DNA of 61,547 bases, counting the filler, from Sphacelaria rigidula (lineage: Eukaryota), in NCBI GenBank assembly GCA_964200075.2. It is 9 parts of 9 records of this genome, joined end to end, with 100 filler letters (N's around TTAATTAATTAA, not from the genome) between each part and the next. Parts side by side here need not be neighbours in the genome. Positions count along the whole stretch, not along the records: positions 47,950 to 54,698 come from CAXNAA020018271.1; positions 54,799 to 61,547 come from CAXNAA020018272.1; 7 more parts are not named here. One strand, given 5' to 3'. Shown in pieces: positions 51,622 to 61,547 of this stretch (position 1 is its first letter; each line of letters starts with the position of its first letter). The position numbers and the translations under genes were made by a program. The notes beneath the pieces are model-generated. The model was given only the letters and a program-made list of their open reading frames with translations. It was not told the origin of the DNA and did not search any database.

Positions 51622-53121
51622 TTAATGGGTTATGCTATTCGCCCGTTTGAATCAGGTCTGCTGATGTCGCGCCGGTTGTCGATTTTTTTTTCCATTACAC
51701 TTTTTTAAGCATCCGTAGTTGGGTGAAAAATAACGGATATCGGGGGATTTCGGGCTGTACGCCACTGTACACACTTGGCTCCCATCTCTCGGAGCAAGCT
51801 ATCGTAGCACATGGCGAGTATAACTGAGTGTAAAAACGATTGAAAAGCACGACATACGTGATGGCCAAAGCATACCCGAAGCCTTCTAGCAAAATGACGT
51901 GGCGTGGGACGAGGGAGGGTCAAGTGTGTCGCTCCTTCGTTTTCCTCACCACCCCCCTCCACAGACCACCAACGTTGTATTGCGATAGATTGCCAACTAC
52001 CTTTTCGCCAAATCAAGTCTAGCATTTGACTGAGAGTGAGATTTTCGATTTACTCCAATCTTACCCTTTTTTACTCCTGTGTGGATTTTCTCCCCTGTAA
52101 CAATATCGCGTTCGTTGATTTCTTTTTTTAGGCATATCAGAGGCTTCCGTGGCAGGCTGCTGCAGAGAGCATATAGAACCTGGTAGAAGAAAGGCTTCAA
52201 GGGACATTTCGGCGGCTAAACTGTTTCGGGCACTAATCGACCGTTTCTGGAACTCTGGGGTTCTAGATTGCTGCTGATTAACGAGGCCAGTGCAACATAA
52301 ATTTGCTTTGAAAACATCTCACGGCCAAAAGCTTTCATTCGAGCCGCTCCTCTCCTGACTTGGCGGACTATTTCCCAGGAAACCCCAGTCAACGACTGAA
52401 TCAGGATTTGCCATCATTTTTGTTCCGACTCCCAATTAATTGCCAGACTCTCAATCACATGCTAGACTCCCACTCAATCGCTAGACTCGCAATCTGACGA
52501 ATACCTCGTTTGCCGCTCTCCTTCTGCATAGCTCCCTACCTCGCGAAGGCAACATATGTAACCCTAGGCTACTGAAAAAGATTTGGGCGGATTACATGCG
52601 CTTCGTCCACGGACAACCTCGGTTGAAGTTCGATCACGCGCCGAAAAAAATGGCAGGAGATCCCACTTGACTTGACTTTTCAACGTATGAAGTGTGCCTA
52701 TGCAGCTACGTTCTGGGTACCGCTGTGCTGACATCCAAATGCAGGAATTTTCTCCGGTGTGGGAGCTCCTGGACCAAAAGATATGTACCTAACGCCCAGA
52801 CGATGGGCAACCCATTGCAAAAGCTTGGTCGGGAATACATACACACATTCCGCAAATGAAACAACGTAGCACAAGTTCGATAATCTTGCAAATACCAGGA
52901 GGTCGAAGCGTCATTGACTTCGGGCAAAGTACCAGCCCGCGCTCAACATGGACTGTAACGTGTTATACTGGCTTTCCGACATCAGGAAAGGTGCACAACG
53001 CCCATACATGGAGATTGATCTTCGTAGTGAAATGGAAACTTCAGCGAATCACAGGCCCTCCAGTGAGAAATCAGGGGGATGTAGCGCCAATGAAATGTGA
53101 CTTTAGTAGTGAATCGTGCAC

Positions 53122-54120
53122 ACCCTGGACAAAATAACATGTAATATATATATATATATATATATATTGCCCGCTCAATATGTCGACGCGTCGGGTGGTC
53201 AATGTATATTGGGCGAGGAATATGATGGCACGATAGAGGGTCGAAATATATTGGGCGAGCAATATGTCAAGGTTCGAGACATGCAATATATATCGACCGG
53301 ACAGTATATGACGACACGCGCCACCTCAACATATATTGGCCGAGTAATGTGTTGGTGCAAGAAGGCACCAGTATATATATATATATATATTTGTCAAGTA
53401 ATATATTGGCTGCCACACGAGGTCAATACATATATTGATTATTCAATATACTCAACACCCGAAGCGTCAATATATCTTGCCGCCCCAGTATGTCGTGGGT
53501 CAATGCGTCCCATATATATATTGGGCGGACAATACACAAGGGAACGGGCGGTCACAATACATATTGGTGTAGCAATATATTTTGATTTTCAACATGGAGA
53601 TTGCAAAGTGTATTGGAATAAGTGTGGTGGGCAACTCTATGCTCGCGGGCGCCATTAAAATATCCATCACCACATGCCGAAAATGCTCAATACATTCCTC
53701 TGCAATCGTGTTCAATGAATATCGGCTGCACAAAAGCTATGCGATGATCGTGTGCAATATATATATTGGGAAAACAATACGTTTTGCATGGTTTGCGTTC
53801 AATATATATTATGGTAACAATATATTCTACGCATTGCTTAGGCTCAATACATATTGACACTTCAATACATACACGGCCGGCATGCACAATATATGTTGAA
53901 TATGTTATTCCCGGAGCAAAGGAATGTCCAATATATATATATATATATTATATTTATTGTCATACATTACTTCATGACCATGACACGAGCAATGTATCTT
54001 GTTGCTTCAATGTCTCCGAAGACATTTCGTCAACACAATATACTTTGAAAGGACGATATTTGAGCTGGCTCCAATACAAAGTATTGCTATCATATTGGAA
54101 CATATTGTATTGTCCAGGGT
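53122..54120. mobile_element. TIR-bounded ~1-kb element with internal ~43-bp-period repeat/spacer array
   Basis: TIR ACCCTGGACAA / TTGTCCAGGGT. Motif CAATATATATTG-N6-CAATAT starts near 53200, 53242, 53284, 53327, 53369, 53424, 53468, 53510, 53555, 53713, 53755, 53800, 53845, 53887 and 53929. Confidence 0.75.
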
Positions 54121-54477
54121 ATAAGCAACACAGCCCCAGTGACCACAGGGGTACCGAACGGCGCATATCGACCCGCGTTTTCTGTCATCGTGATGTTTGA
54201 GCCAAGATATATTCATTACATGCTGGAGAGGCGATGGGCGGGCCCGCACCGGTGGCCACTGAGGTATCAGGAGACATATATACCAGGTTGCCCCTTCTGT
54301 CACCATATTTTCTATCTAGTATGTATATATATGTGTGTATGTGTCAAACGCATTCGACTACTCTCCGTAGTAATGCACGCGAACTTCTGCGGCTCCCTTT
54401 GAAGTTTTTCCCGATCTGCACGGGCCCCGGCATCCATCGCGTGTGCATCTTTCTTACAGCGTACACCATACCTATGA

Positions 54478-54627
54478 TATCCAATATATTTTGACCGGAC
54501 AATACATCGGCACCCAGGCAGACCCGATATTCCAAAATATATTGACGGGCCAGTACATTGGCACCCACGCAGACCCAATATATATTGACCGGCTAATATG
54601 TTCTCATCAATGCGACTCTAATATATA
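54478..54627. repeat. Three to four more homogeneous units of the same CAATATATATTG repeat
   Basis: CCAATATAT(A/T)TTGAC(C/G)GG.CA.TACAT(C/T)GGCACCCA(G/C)GCAGAC repeated. Confidence 0.75.
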
Positions 54628-55109
54628 CGAGCTGGGCCGCCCAAGAAGCTCACTTTCCTTCAGTCCGTTCTCACTCACGATGTACCGCGAGTTGTGCCNN
54701 NNNNNNNNNNNNNNNNNNNNNNNNNNNNNNNNNNNNNNNNNNTTAATTAATTAANNNNNNNNNNNNNNNNNNNNNNNNNNNNNNNNNNNNNNNNNNNNAA
54801 CACAAAAAGCAAAAAAACAAAGAAGCCCCCCCCCCCCCCCCCCCCCGCCTTTGCGAGGTCAATGGTCTGATGACTATGGCAAGCATGATCATGAGTACAC
54901 CCCCCCCCCCTCCCGCCTTTCATCTCGTATTTATACCGCTGCGCGCGTTTCTTGCATGAATGGTTTTATCGCTGAGCTCCATCAGACACACACCATGGGA
55001 TCCTCGCGACAACCGGAAAGAGCGGTCCGCCACGGCGCAACGGGATGGATGCAGAGTGCACTACGTGTAACGCGGTAATTTTCGTTCCAGCAGCCCAGCC
55101 GCCTCTCAC

Positions 55110-55243
55110 CGTACGATATTGGGGTGCTGCAGCTGCTTCAGAAGAGAAATCTCTCTGATAGCGGTTGAAGGTATGCCCTCGTCTTCTGCCTCTAGCCGTA
55201 TCTTCTTTAACGCGATGATCTCATTTGTGATCCTGTCTTTGGC
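55110..55243 (-). CDS. CDKA: Internal exon of an A-type cyclin-dependent kinase (CDK1/cdc2 family)
   Basis: 134-bp exon between CAG| and |GTGAG encoding [44 protein letters not shown](R), with the catalytic Lys (ALKK) and canonical PSTAIRE helix. It is not in the ORF track. No other exon was recognised. Confidence 0.95.
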
Positions 55244-56921
55244 CTGCGTACAACGAAAAACGAGCAATTCGTATGAAACACTCCTGGGAGCACGAGGGAG
55301 AATCTACATGCTACTACACAAACACGAGCAGGCACCCTGCGTTGATCTGGGATGATCACTTATTCGGGTACTGAACACCGAACGCCTCAACAGTGATGTC
55401 GTGACGATTTCTATTATAGGCGACTGACAGTCCTTTCGGCGTGCTCGACATTTTTTCGAGCATCCGTCATAACATTAGCCAAAATGCGGCGTTGCCAGAC
55501 CTCCCACACACACATGCGTGGAACAGTATTGCGCCAAAAGAAAACACAAAGAAATGAAAAGAAAAACATTTTCGGAACAGAATACGACCGCTTTCCCCCC
55601 TAGTGGGCACTGCTGCAGCGCACAGCACCAGATACAGCGACGTGGAACTGTTGACTGTGGTTCGAACAGCATACAGACCAGTGCTGTTTTGCTACCACAT
55701 CGGCCGCCCAGCCCGCTCCACACGTCCAAGTTTGTGCGTCTGCGCATGCATACATGCATTCGCCTGTAGTGCGCAAAGTCTGGGCTACTCTATAGCTGAT
55801 TTGAGGGCGCCTGAAGGACATTCCCCGAAATCGCTTGTGGCCATGTTGTAGGAAAGTCTGGGGCCCAATCGCGCGGATGCTTCGCGCATATGCTGTTTGT
55901 GTTGTGTCCGACAAGTGTGCGAAGTGTTGTGATGGAACGCGTCGTCACAGGTGATAAATCAATAAGCGAAGTTGCACTAGAAATTGGGAGTTTACCGCAG
56001 GAAAGTATCAAAATAAACATGAGATGCGGTTACGCAATATTACGGCACGGGTACTGTCTGTGGACCGTACATTGCATTAGCGTATCATACTGCACTTTAT
56101 AGTGGTCATGACGGAGTTTTCAAATTTGAGGTCCACCAGCTGCGCCGCCAGACATGGATGCAAACAATCGTGGCGTTCTCGTTTTCTTCGAAACATTTGA
56201 TGTCCTTCTTTTTCAGGCGGATTGCACACTCCATATACTACGCCCTGGGCGTGATGCGCTGGAACGCGAAGCGTGGTCGCCGCCTATCGACGTACAATCC
56301 GGCCCGCAAGGCACCCGTACCGAGGACATAGTCACGTTCTCAGGCTGCAACTTGTGCCGACGATCCCGCCTTAAACATAGCTCTTCAAACATGCCGCGTG
56401 TTGGGTCGTAGGTACTCCTTCTGGGGCACCTCGCTCGGGTGAACTACACCTACACCTACTTTGCGGATGATCCCAGCTGATAATTTATACAATGACAGTT
56501 GTATGCGAAATTCGGCACACATGTGACTTTTTTTTTCTTTTGGCGCAACAATGGGAAGAGCTGGGAAAACCACACATGGTTGAGATCATTCTCGGCGTCT
56601 CTTGTGAACGAAGGGTGTGACATGAAAGGATATGGAGTGCACTGGGTTCTGTTTATAAATCCTACAACATAGTCTATATGAAATAAAAAATAAGAAAGGA
56701 GCAATGATACAGACAGAGCTCTCGGGAATTCGACAAGTCTGGATATGAAACATCTTGATGGGTGATGAATAAAAAACAAATACACACCTGACGTTATTAT
56801 ACTCTACTCGCTTGTGCATATACACCGGCCGTACAACGTACACCACTAGGCATGTACGGAACGGTACAGAGAGATGTACGTACGAAACAGCACAAAAGTA
56901 GAATCTCTGATGATAAACGGC

Positions 56922-57042
56922 GTTTCCGTGAGATTGAGAGTAGAGCGCTGATTGAGGGTGGCGTTGGTCACTCGCTTCAACTTAGCGATTCTCTTTGTCT
57001 TCATCACTGGCGTGTACTCAATACACTCAATCTCACGAAAAC
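56922..57042. mobile_element. Internally deleted MITE family A copy
   Basis: GTTTCCGTGAGATTGAGAGTA ... TACACTCAATCTCACGAAAAC. Confidence 0.75.
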
Positions 57043-58711
57043 ATTGTTAGTGGTATACTGCAGAGCCTTCACACTTGATGAAAAAGTAAGCACCCACAGC
57101 AAGCGCCACACGCACACTGTCTGTGCAGCAATGGTACTTCGATGCGTTGTGGTACCCTCATGTACAGCAGTAAACGACACCACACCGTGCGTCATTTGAG
57201 CCAGGCAAAACGTCACTCGGACACGACTTTCGAAGGCATGTTGGAAATATCCCGTCGACGACTCACTCCTCCATCGTTGCAGAGACAAATGAAATGTAGC
57301 CGACGACTCAACCAACAACAATTGAACCACGTGCGCGGCCCATGGGGTGCATGCGGCTAAGATTTTGCCGTCAAAACCGCTAACCCTTGTGTCGCTTCAA
57401 CCCTTAGACGACGAGAGTAGGCCATATGTCGAATCGGTACAACCTCACTCGAAACTATGTATGAAGAAAATTGGACAACCCTCACGATTCAAGGATTGAA
57501 AAAAGCGGGGATAGCTTAGCAAGTGCTTCCGAGAGGGCGCTATCGAACTCGTCGTTTTGTCACGTGAACGAAACTGCCGAAGGATCGAGATACGACTGTC
57601 ACTTTCGATCCAAAAAACTTCCGCTCCCGCTAAAAACAACGAGGGAGTGGGGCCAAGATCTACTGTAGTACCGATCCTGGGAAACACACCAACGGCCCGT
57701 CGCTACAACTTCGGGTAAGGAGGCTGTGCAAGAGGCAAGGCCCCCCTGTGGAGGCAGGATGCGACTCAGCTGCCTGTGGACCGTCCTGCTTGGTCAGGAA
57801 CGCCAACACCCCAACTTGGCAGAAGGGAGACACCAACATGAATATGACTACTGTTGTGAAGACAATAGAAGTGATACAACGGGCGGGATAATACAAGAAA
57901 CAAACAAAAGCACCCCGACATGAAAATTAAAGATAGACTACAAAAAAGTATCGGCGGTGAGTCACTTGAAACGCCGCTCCTGCTGTGGAGAAGAGCCTGG
58001 CAAAATGCAAAGGGAGGACAGGGGAGAATGCACCATACAAAAATACGTGGCAATACAGCGCCATGCTATTTGACAGTACGATGTCAGGCTCGGGAATCGC
58101 CGATGAGTACTCGGATTGCGCCGCACGGATCTGGAAATCAAGCCAGTTTTTTTAGTAGATCATGGGTGGGAGTTTGTCGGCGCCTAGATTGACCGCTGTA
58201 ATGGCAAGGTTGAAGTTGACCGTTTGACTGTCAACTACCGTGGGTAATCTGGCTCTTTTGTTCATTTTCAGAGTAAAAAATATTGCCGATTCAACACCTG
58301 ACCCGCCCTCGTGCCTGCCCGTTGAATTCGCCGTGATGGGGAAGACCTGGTAAATGACTGCCAGAGAAATCGTTTCCTTGCTCCGGCTCCCAAACAACTT
58401 GGGTACGGGACGAAGTTGCTCAATGCCGTTGGTGTGAAAGACAGTTCTCCTATTTTAAGACTAGGATCCAATCACGATTATTGCTCAAGTCCATCACAAG
58501 GCGCAGTGTGCAAAACAGGACATCGAAAGCACGAAACCGTGAGCTTATGCATCACATACTGGACAATATATCACATTGTCAACAAGCGTACTGCGTGCAG
58601 TATGGGATCTGTCTACAGCAATAGACGCAAAGTCGATACTGTACGCAGTACACTTTTTGATCATGGAATCTTTAGTCCAGATTGTCGAGTTCATCGTGTA
58701 GAAAAAATTCT

Positions 58712-58798
58712 GTGTTGGCCTTCCTCCTGTGTGACCCTGCTGATATACCGAAAGGTATAGACCGGCGTCCAGGATAGATGGGACGACAACACACACAT
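58712..58798 (+). mobile_element. 3' fragment of tRNA-derived SINE
   Basis: CCTTCCTCCTGTGTGACCC...TACCGAAAGGT.TAGACCGGCGTCCAG.ATAGATGGGACGACAACACACACA. Confidence 0.75.
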
Positions 58799-59413
58799 CG
58801 TGGCCGTTGAAAACTACACGCTCAAGCAGCTGACCGCGAACCGGCCACTTGCACTGGCACTCGCTTGCAATTATACTCTCGCCTCTTTTTTCACCGAGTT
58901 GTGCAAACAACTGCCTGTTATGCAGCAGTGAAGATCCCGCACACTGTGTGGTGGAGGAGCGAGAAGGTTGTTCACCATCTCTCGTGCGTTTTTTGACAGA
59001 CCCGCATCTTCACAAGGCGAGCCCGACTACACCATAACCGTAATCCTAAACCTACCCCTAACCTCGATGGAGGCAAGCAGAACGTGATCCGTCGAGCACC
59101 GGATTTGTACTATGGTTCAAATCAGCGGTTAAAAAAAAAAACAAGGAGCCCGCAGGAGGGTCACCGTCAAACAAAAAAGGGTACCATGTAACTTTCAGCC
59201 GAGAGTCTTATAAACCTGGCTGGCTTGTCTATAAAGGTCCTCTTTTTCGCGCCTTAAATACGTGTGTTGCCACGTGTGAAAAAAACTTTGAGAATACTGC
59301 CCAAGCACTTCGTGCGTGGAGCTGGGGCGCTGGAAAATGTTTTGCAGTTGTCCAGCCCGGGTGCAGCGCCGGGTCCCGACCCGGAAGTGCGCTCCTTATT
59401 TCTTGACGGGGTA

Positions 59414-60242
59414 CCTGCTCCGTCTCATAAGTTAGGACCGACTTTGTCACAGATGCCCTTGACCGTGTCCGATGCCTTTTTTCGATTTTTCGTCAAACTC
59501 TTCGACGTTTTTTCAGTTAAATCCAGTTTGTTTTTTATTCGCGCATCACTCAAGGTGGCCGAACGGCCACAAATAAATCAGTCGGCCTAAAAATGGCCGA
59601 TTTTCGCCCCTTTTCCGGGGGCAAGAAAGTGTCGGGAAAAAGAATGAAAACACTCCGCAGCGCCGCAGCTTTCGTCGGAGTAAGATGCGAAGGGCATCCA
59701 CTCCTTGGGGTGATCGAAAATTCAAGCTCCCCAGATGCCCGTACCTGCTCTCTGCACTTTTTTAGCAGCCATCTAGGAAACTGTTAGCTTACGCCGTACT
59801 TTTCGGCGTGAGGGCCAGAAAAGCCCGCGGGCGCACTAGAAGTGCCTGGCGGAATGCCCGCGGCGATCTCGGACGCCATGGCATAAGGTAGGCCCAACGA
59901 TAGTTCTTAACCACATTTACGAGGCGGAGAGGTACTCGAGGGCGAGTCCATGGTGTGGTGTGCAGGTGGATTGTAAATGGTGTTCTTGTGGACTATTCTC
60001 AAAGAATTCTAAAAAAAAACTCTCAAACTATTCTCGAAATTATTCCCAAAATTGGCCATTTTGGAGGACTTTTCGACCCAAATTATAAGATACAAACAAT
60101 CGTTTTTTCTTTCCTTTTTTTTGCACCAGCTAGTTGTAGAAAAATATCTCCATCATGATATCAACTATAGCATCGTGAACAACTCCGTTAGAGAGATACG
60201 ATCTGTGCCCCAACTCGGTCCTAACTTATGAGACAGAGGAAG
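59414..60242. mobile_element. Stowaway-like Tc1/mariner non-autonomous element
   Basis: TA-CCTGCTCCGTCTCATAAGTTAGGACCGA ... TCGGTCCTAACTTATGAGACAGAGGAAG-TA, an imperfect TIR of ~40 bp. Confidence 0.8.
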
Positions 60243-60255
60243 TATTCCTCTTTCA

Positions 60256-60362
60256 CCCCTTTGACCGCAAGGGTAGGTTACCTACTGAATCGGCATCAAT
60301 TTCACTTGACCGTGTATGGGTTATCCAGATGGACTACTCGTACCCGCATCGCGGTCGAAGAG
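60256..60362. mobile_element. ~100-bp piggyBac-like MITE copy
   Basis: CCCCTTTGACCGC...GCGGTCGAAGAG-TTAA with the shared core. Confidence 0.75.
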
Positions 60363-60828
60363 TTAAATTCTAAAATGATATCAGCGATGACGCCGTGTCT
60401 TCGCATATTTTTTTCATGTTTTTAAAATCGAAAATATGCGGTGGATAAGGAAAATTCTCATCTGATGGGTCATGATTTCAACCATCGTACGTTTCCGATC
60501 GAAAACTAATGTACGAGGACACATGCTGAGGGCGTGTCTTACTCAGTATTCGACCGCAAAAGTGCGGTGGAAAACAAACATCCTCATCTGATAGGCCATG
60601 ATTCCCACCATCTTCAAATTTAACGATGATGGTTGAAATTACGGCCCGTCAGATCGGGATTTTTGTTTTCCACTGCATAATTTCGATCGGAAACTAATCT
60701 ACTGTGCTAAAGCACGCCCCGAGAATGGGGCAGCAGCTCTCAAACAATCGGAAAGGCAAAAAACAGAAGACATCACCGCCATAATCACTCATTCTCACGG
60801 TACGCTCTCATTTTTCTTGTCTCGTTAA

Positions 60829-60929
60829 CCCTTGGACGACGATGCGGGTAGTCCATCTGGATCACAATACTTTTTTCCAAGTGAAATTAATGCCGATTCA
60901 GCGGGTGACCTACGGTCGTGGTCAAACGG
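60829..60929. mobile_element. ~100-bp piggyBac-like MITE copy
   Basis: TTAA-CCCTTGGACGACG...CGTGGTCAAACGG-TTAA with reversed core. Confidence 0.8.
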
Positions 60930-60949
60930 TTAAGACGAGACCCACGACA

Positions 60950-61345
60950 CGGCCTTAGCCGCACAAGGGCCCGAAGTTGCTGGCCGGCCCCCATAATACT
61001 GGGGGAACCGCCTCCGGGAGAACCTCTACCCAGGGCTCTCACACGGGTCATGACGGAAATGGTTCGTCTACATTGTGGAGGTCACAGTTGGGTCAGTGTT
61101 GTGGCGAAGAGCATGAGCACATTGCACCTTGCAGTCGAGGAAGGGGTGGAGGAATTCGAGGAAACGTGGCGACGCGAAGACAAACTCCAATCGGACCTTC
61201 GCCACAAAGGAGAGGCAAATCGTGGAGTCGTCACCGGTCACCGGTGAACCGACAACAGCAATAGCTCACGAGGAATCCAGGCTAGAAATGGTCGAGAGAG
61301 TGACCCGCTTCGTGCCTAGCGACGAGTGGGTGAAGCGGGGTTGAA
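60950..61345 (+). mobile_element. 3' fragment of an RTE-like LINE ORF
   Basis: SWVSVVAKSMSTLHLAVEEGVEEFEETWRRED..RH resembles the C-terminus of RTE ORFs. Degenerate. Confidence 0.5.
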
Positions 61346-61547
61346 CACGGAAACTAATCTATCCCTAGCTTCTTTTTTCGCTTCTCGACGTTTCCTTCGC
61401 CTGTGGTCTTGCGGTATTCCCTGTCCATGATCTACTTTGTTCTTAGGTTCCATCGCTCACTACGTTTCCGTCTCTTAGGTTCCTTCTCTTTCCCCTTCCC
61501 CACCCCCCCATGCTCCGTCTCGAAAGGGATGCGTGGTCAATGGTCAG

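Noticed and set aside
52140..52200. Possible further CDK exon (LKPFFYQVLYAL)
   Set aside because: Weak resemblance, no HRDLK motif follows, and it lies on a different contig from the PSTAIRE exon.
53122..54120. True prokaryotic CRISPR array
   Set aside because: Repeats are degenerate, spacers are only ~18 nt, the array is bounded by TIRs, there are no cas genes, and the context is eukaryotic. Kept as a finding, not annotated as CRISPR.
6751..54798. Regularly spaced TTAATTAATTAA palindromes as a biological array
   Set aside because: Always centred in 100-nt N blocks, so they are assembly linkers.
58152..58397. pogo/DDE_1 transposase remnant (AVNLGADKLPPMIY)
   Set aside because: A single short motif without supporting catalytic residues.
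59032..59063. Telomere-like CCCTAA run
   Set aside because: Only 4-5 degenerate internal units.

Overview
Eukaryotic, transposon-dense DNA. A brown alga (Phaeophyceae) is inferred from an EsV-1-7 repeat gene and the TE types. The window is not contiguous genome: it is nine pieces of 6750 bp (six) and 6749 bp (three) joined by identical 100-nt linkers (N44-TTAATTAATTAA-N44), the signature of length-sorted unplaced contigs. Host coding sequence I can support: a 5'-partial EsV-1-7 repeat ORF (3-1412) and one intact PSTAIRE CDKA exon (55110-55243, minus). The rest is decayed or nested mobile DNA: RTE-type LINEs, two DIRS/Ngaro tyrosine-recombinase retrotransposon relics, a spliced hAT transposase pseudogene, tRNA-derived SINEs, piggyBac-like (TTAA) and Tc1/mariner-like (TA) non-autonomous elements, foldback MITEs and microsatellites. 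Most unusual signals: (1) a 1-kb TIR-bounded element (53122-54120) with a ~43-bp-period array of a palindromic repeat separated by unrelated ~18-nt spacers, CRISPR-like in layout but without cas genes; (2) a 448-bp inverted duplication of a retrotransposon gag-like region (41984-42979); (3) two block-conserved non-coding units closed by the same terminal stem (22069-23241). All calls are by eye; no searches were run.
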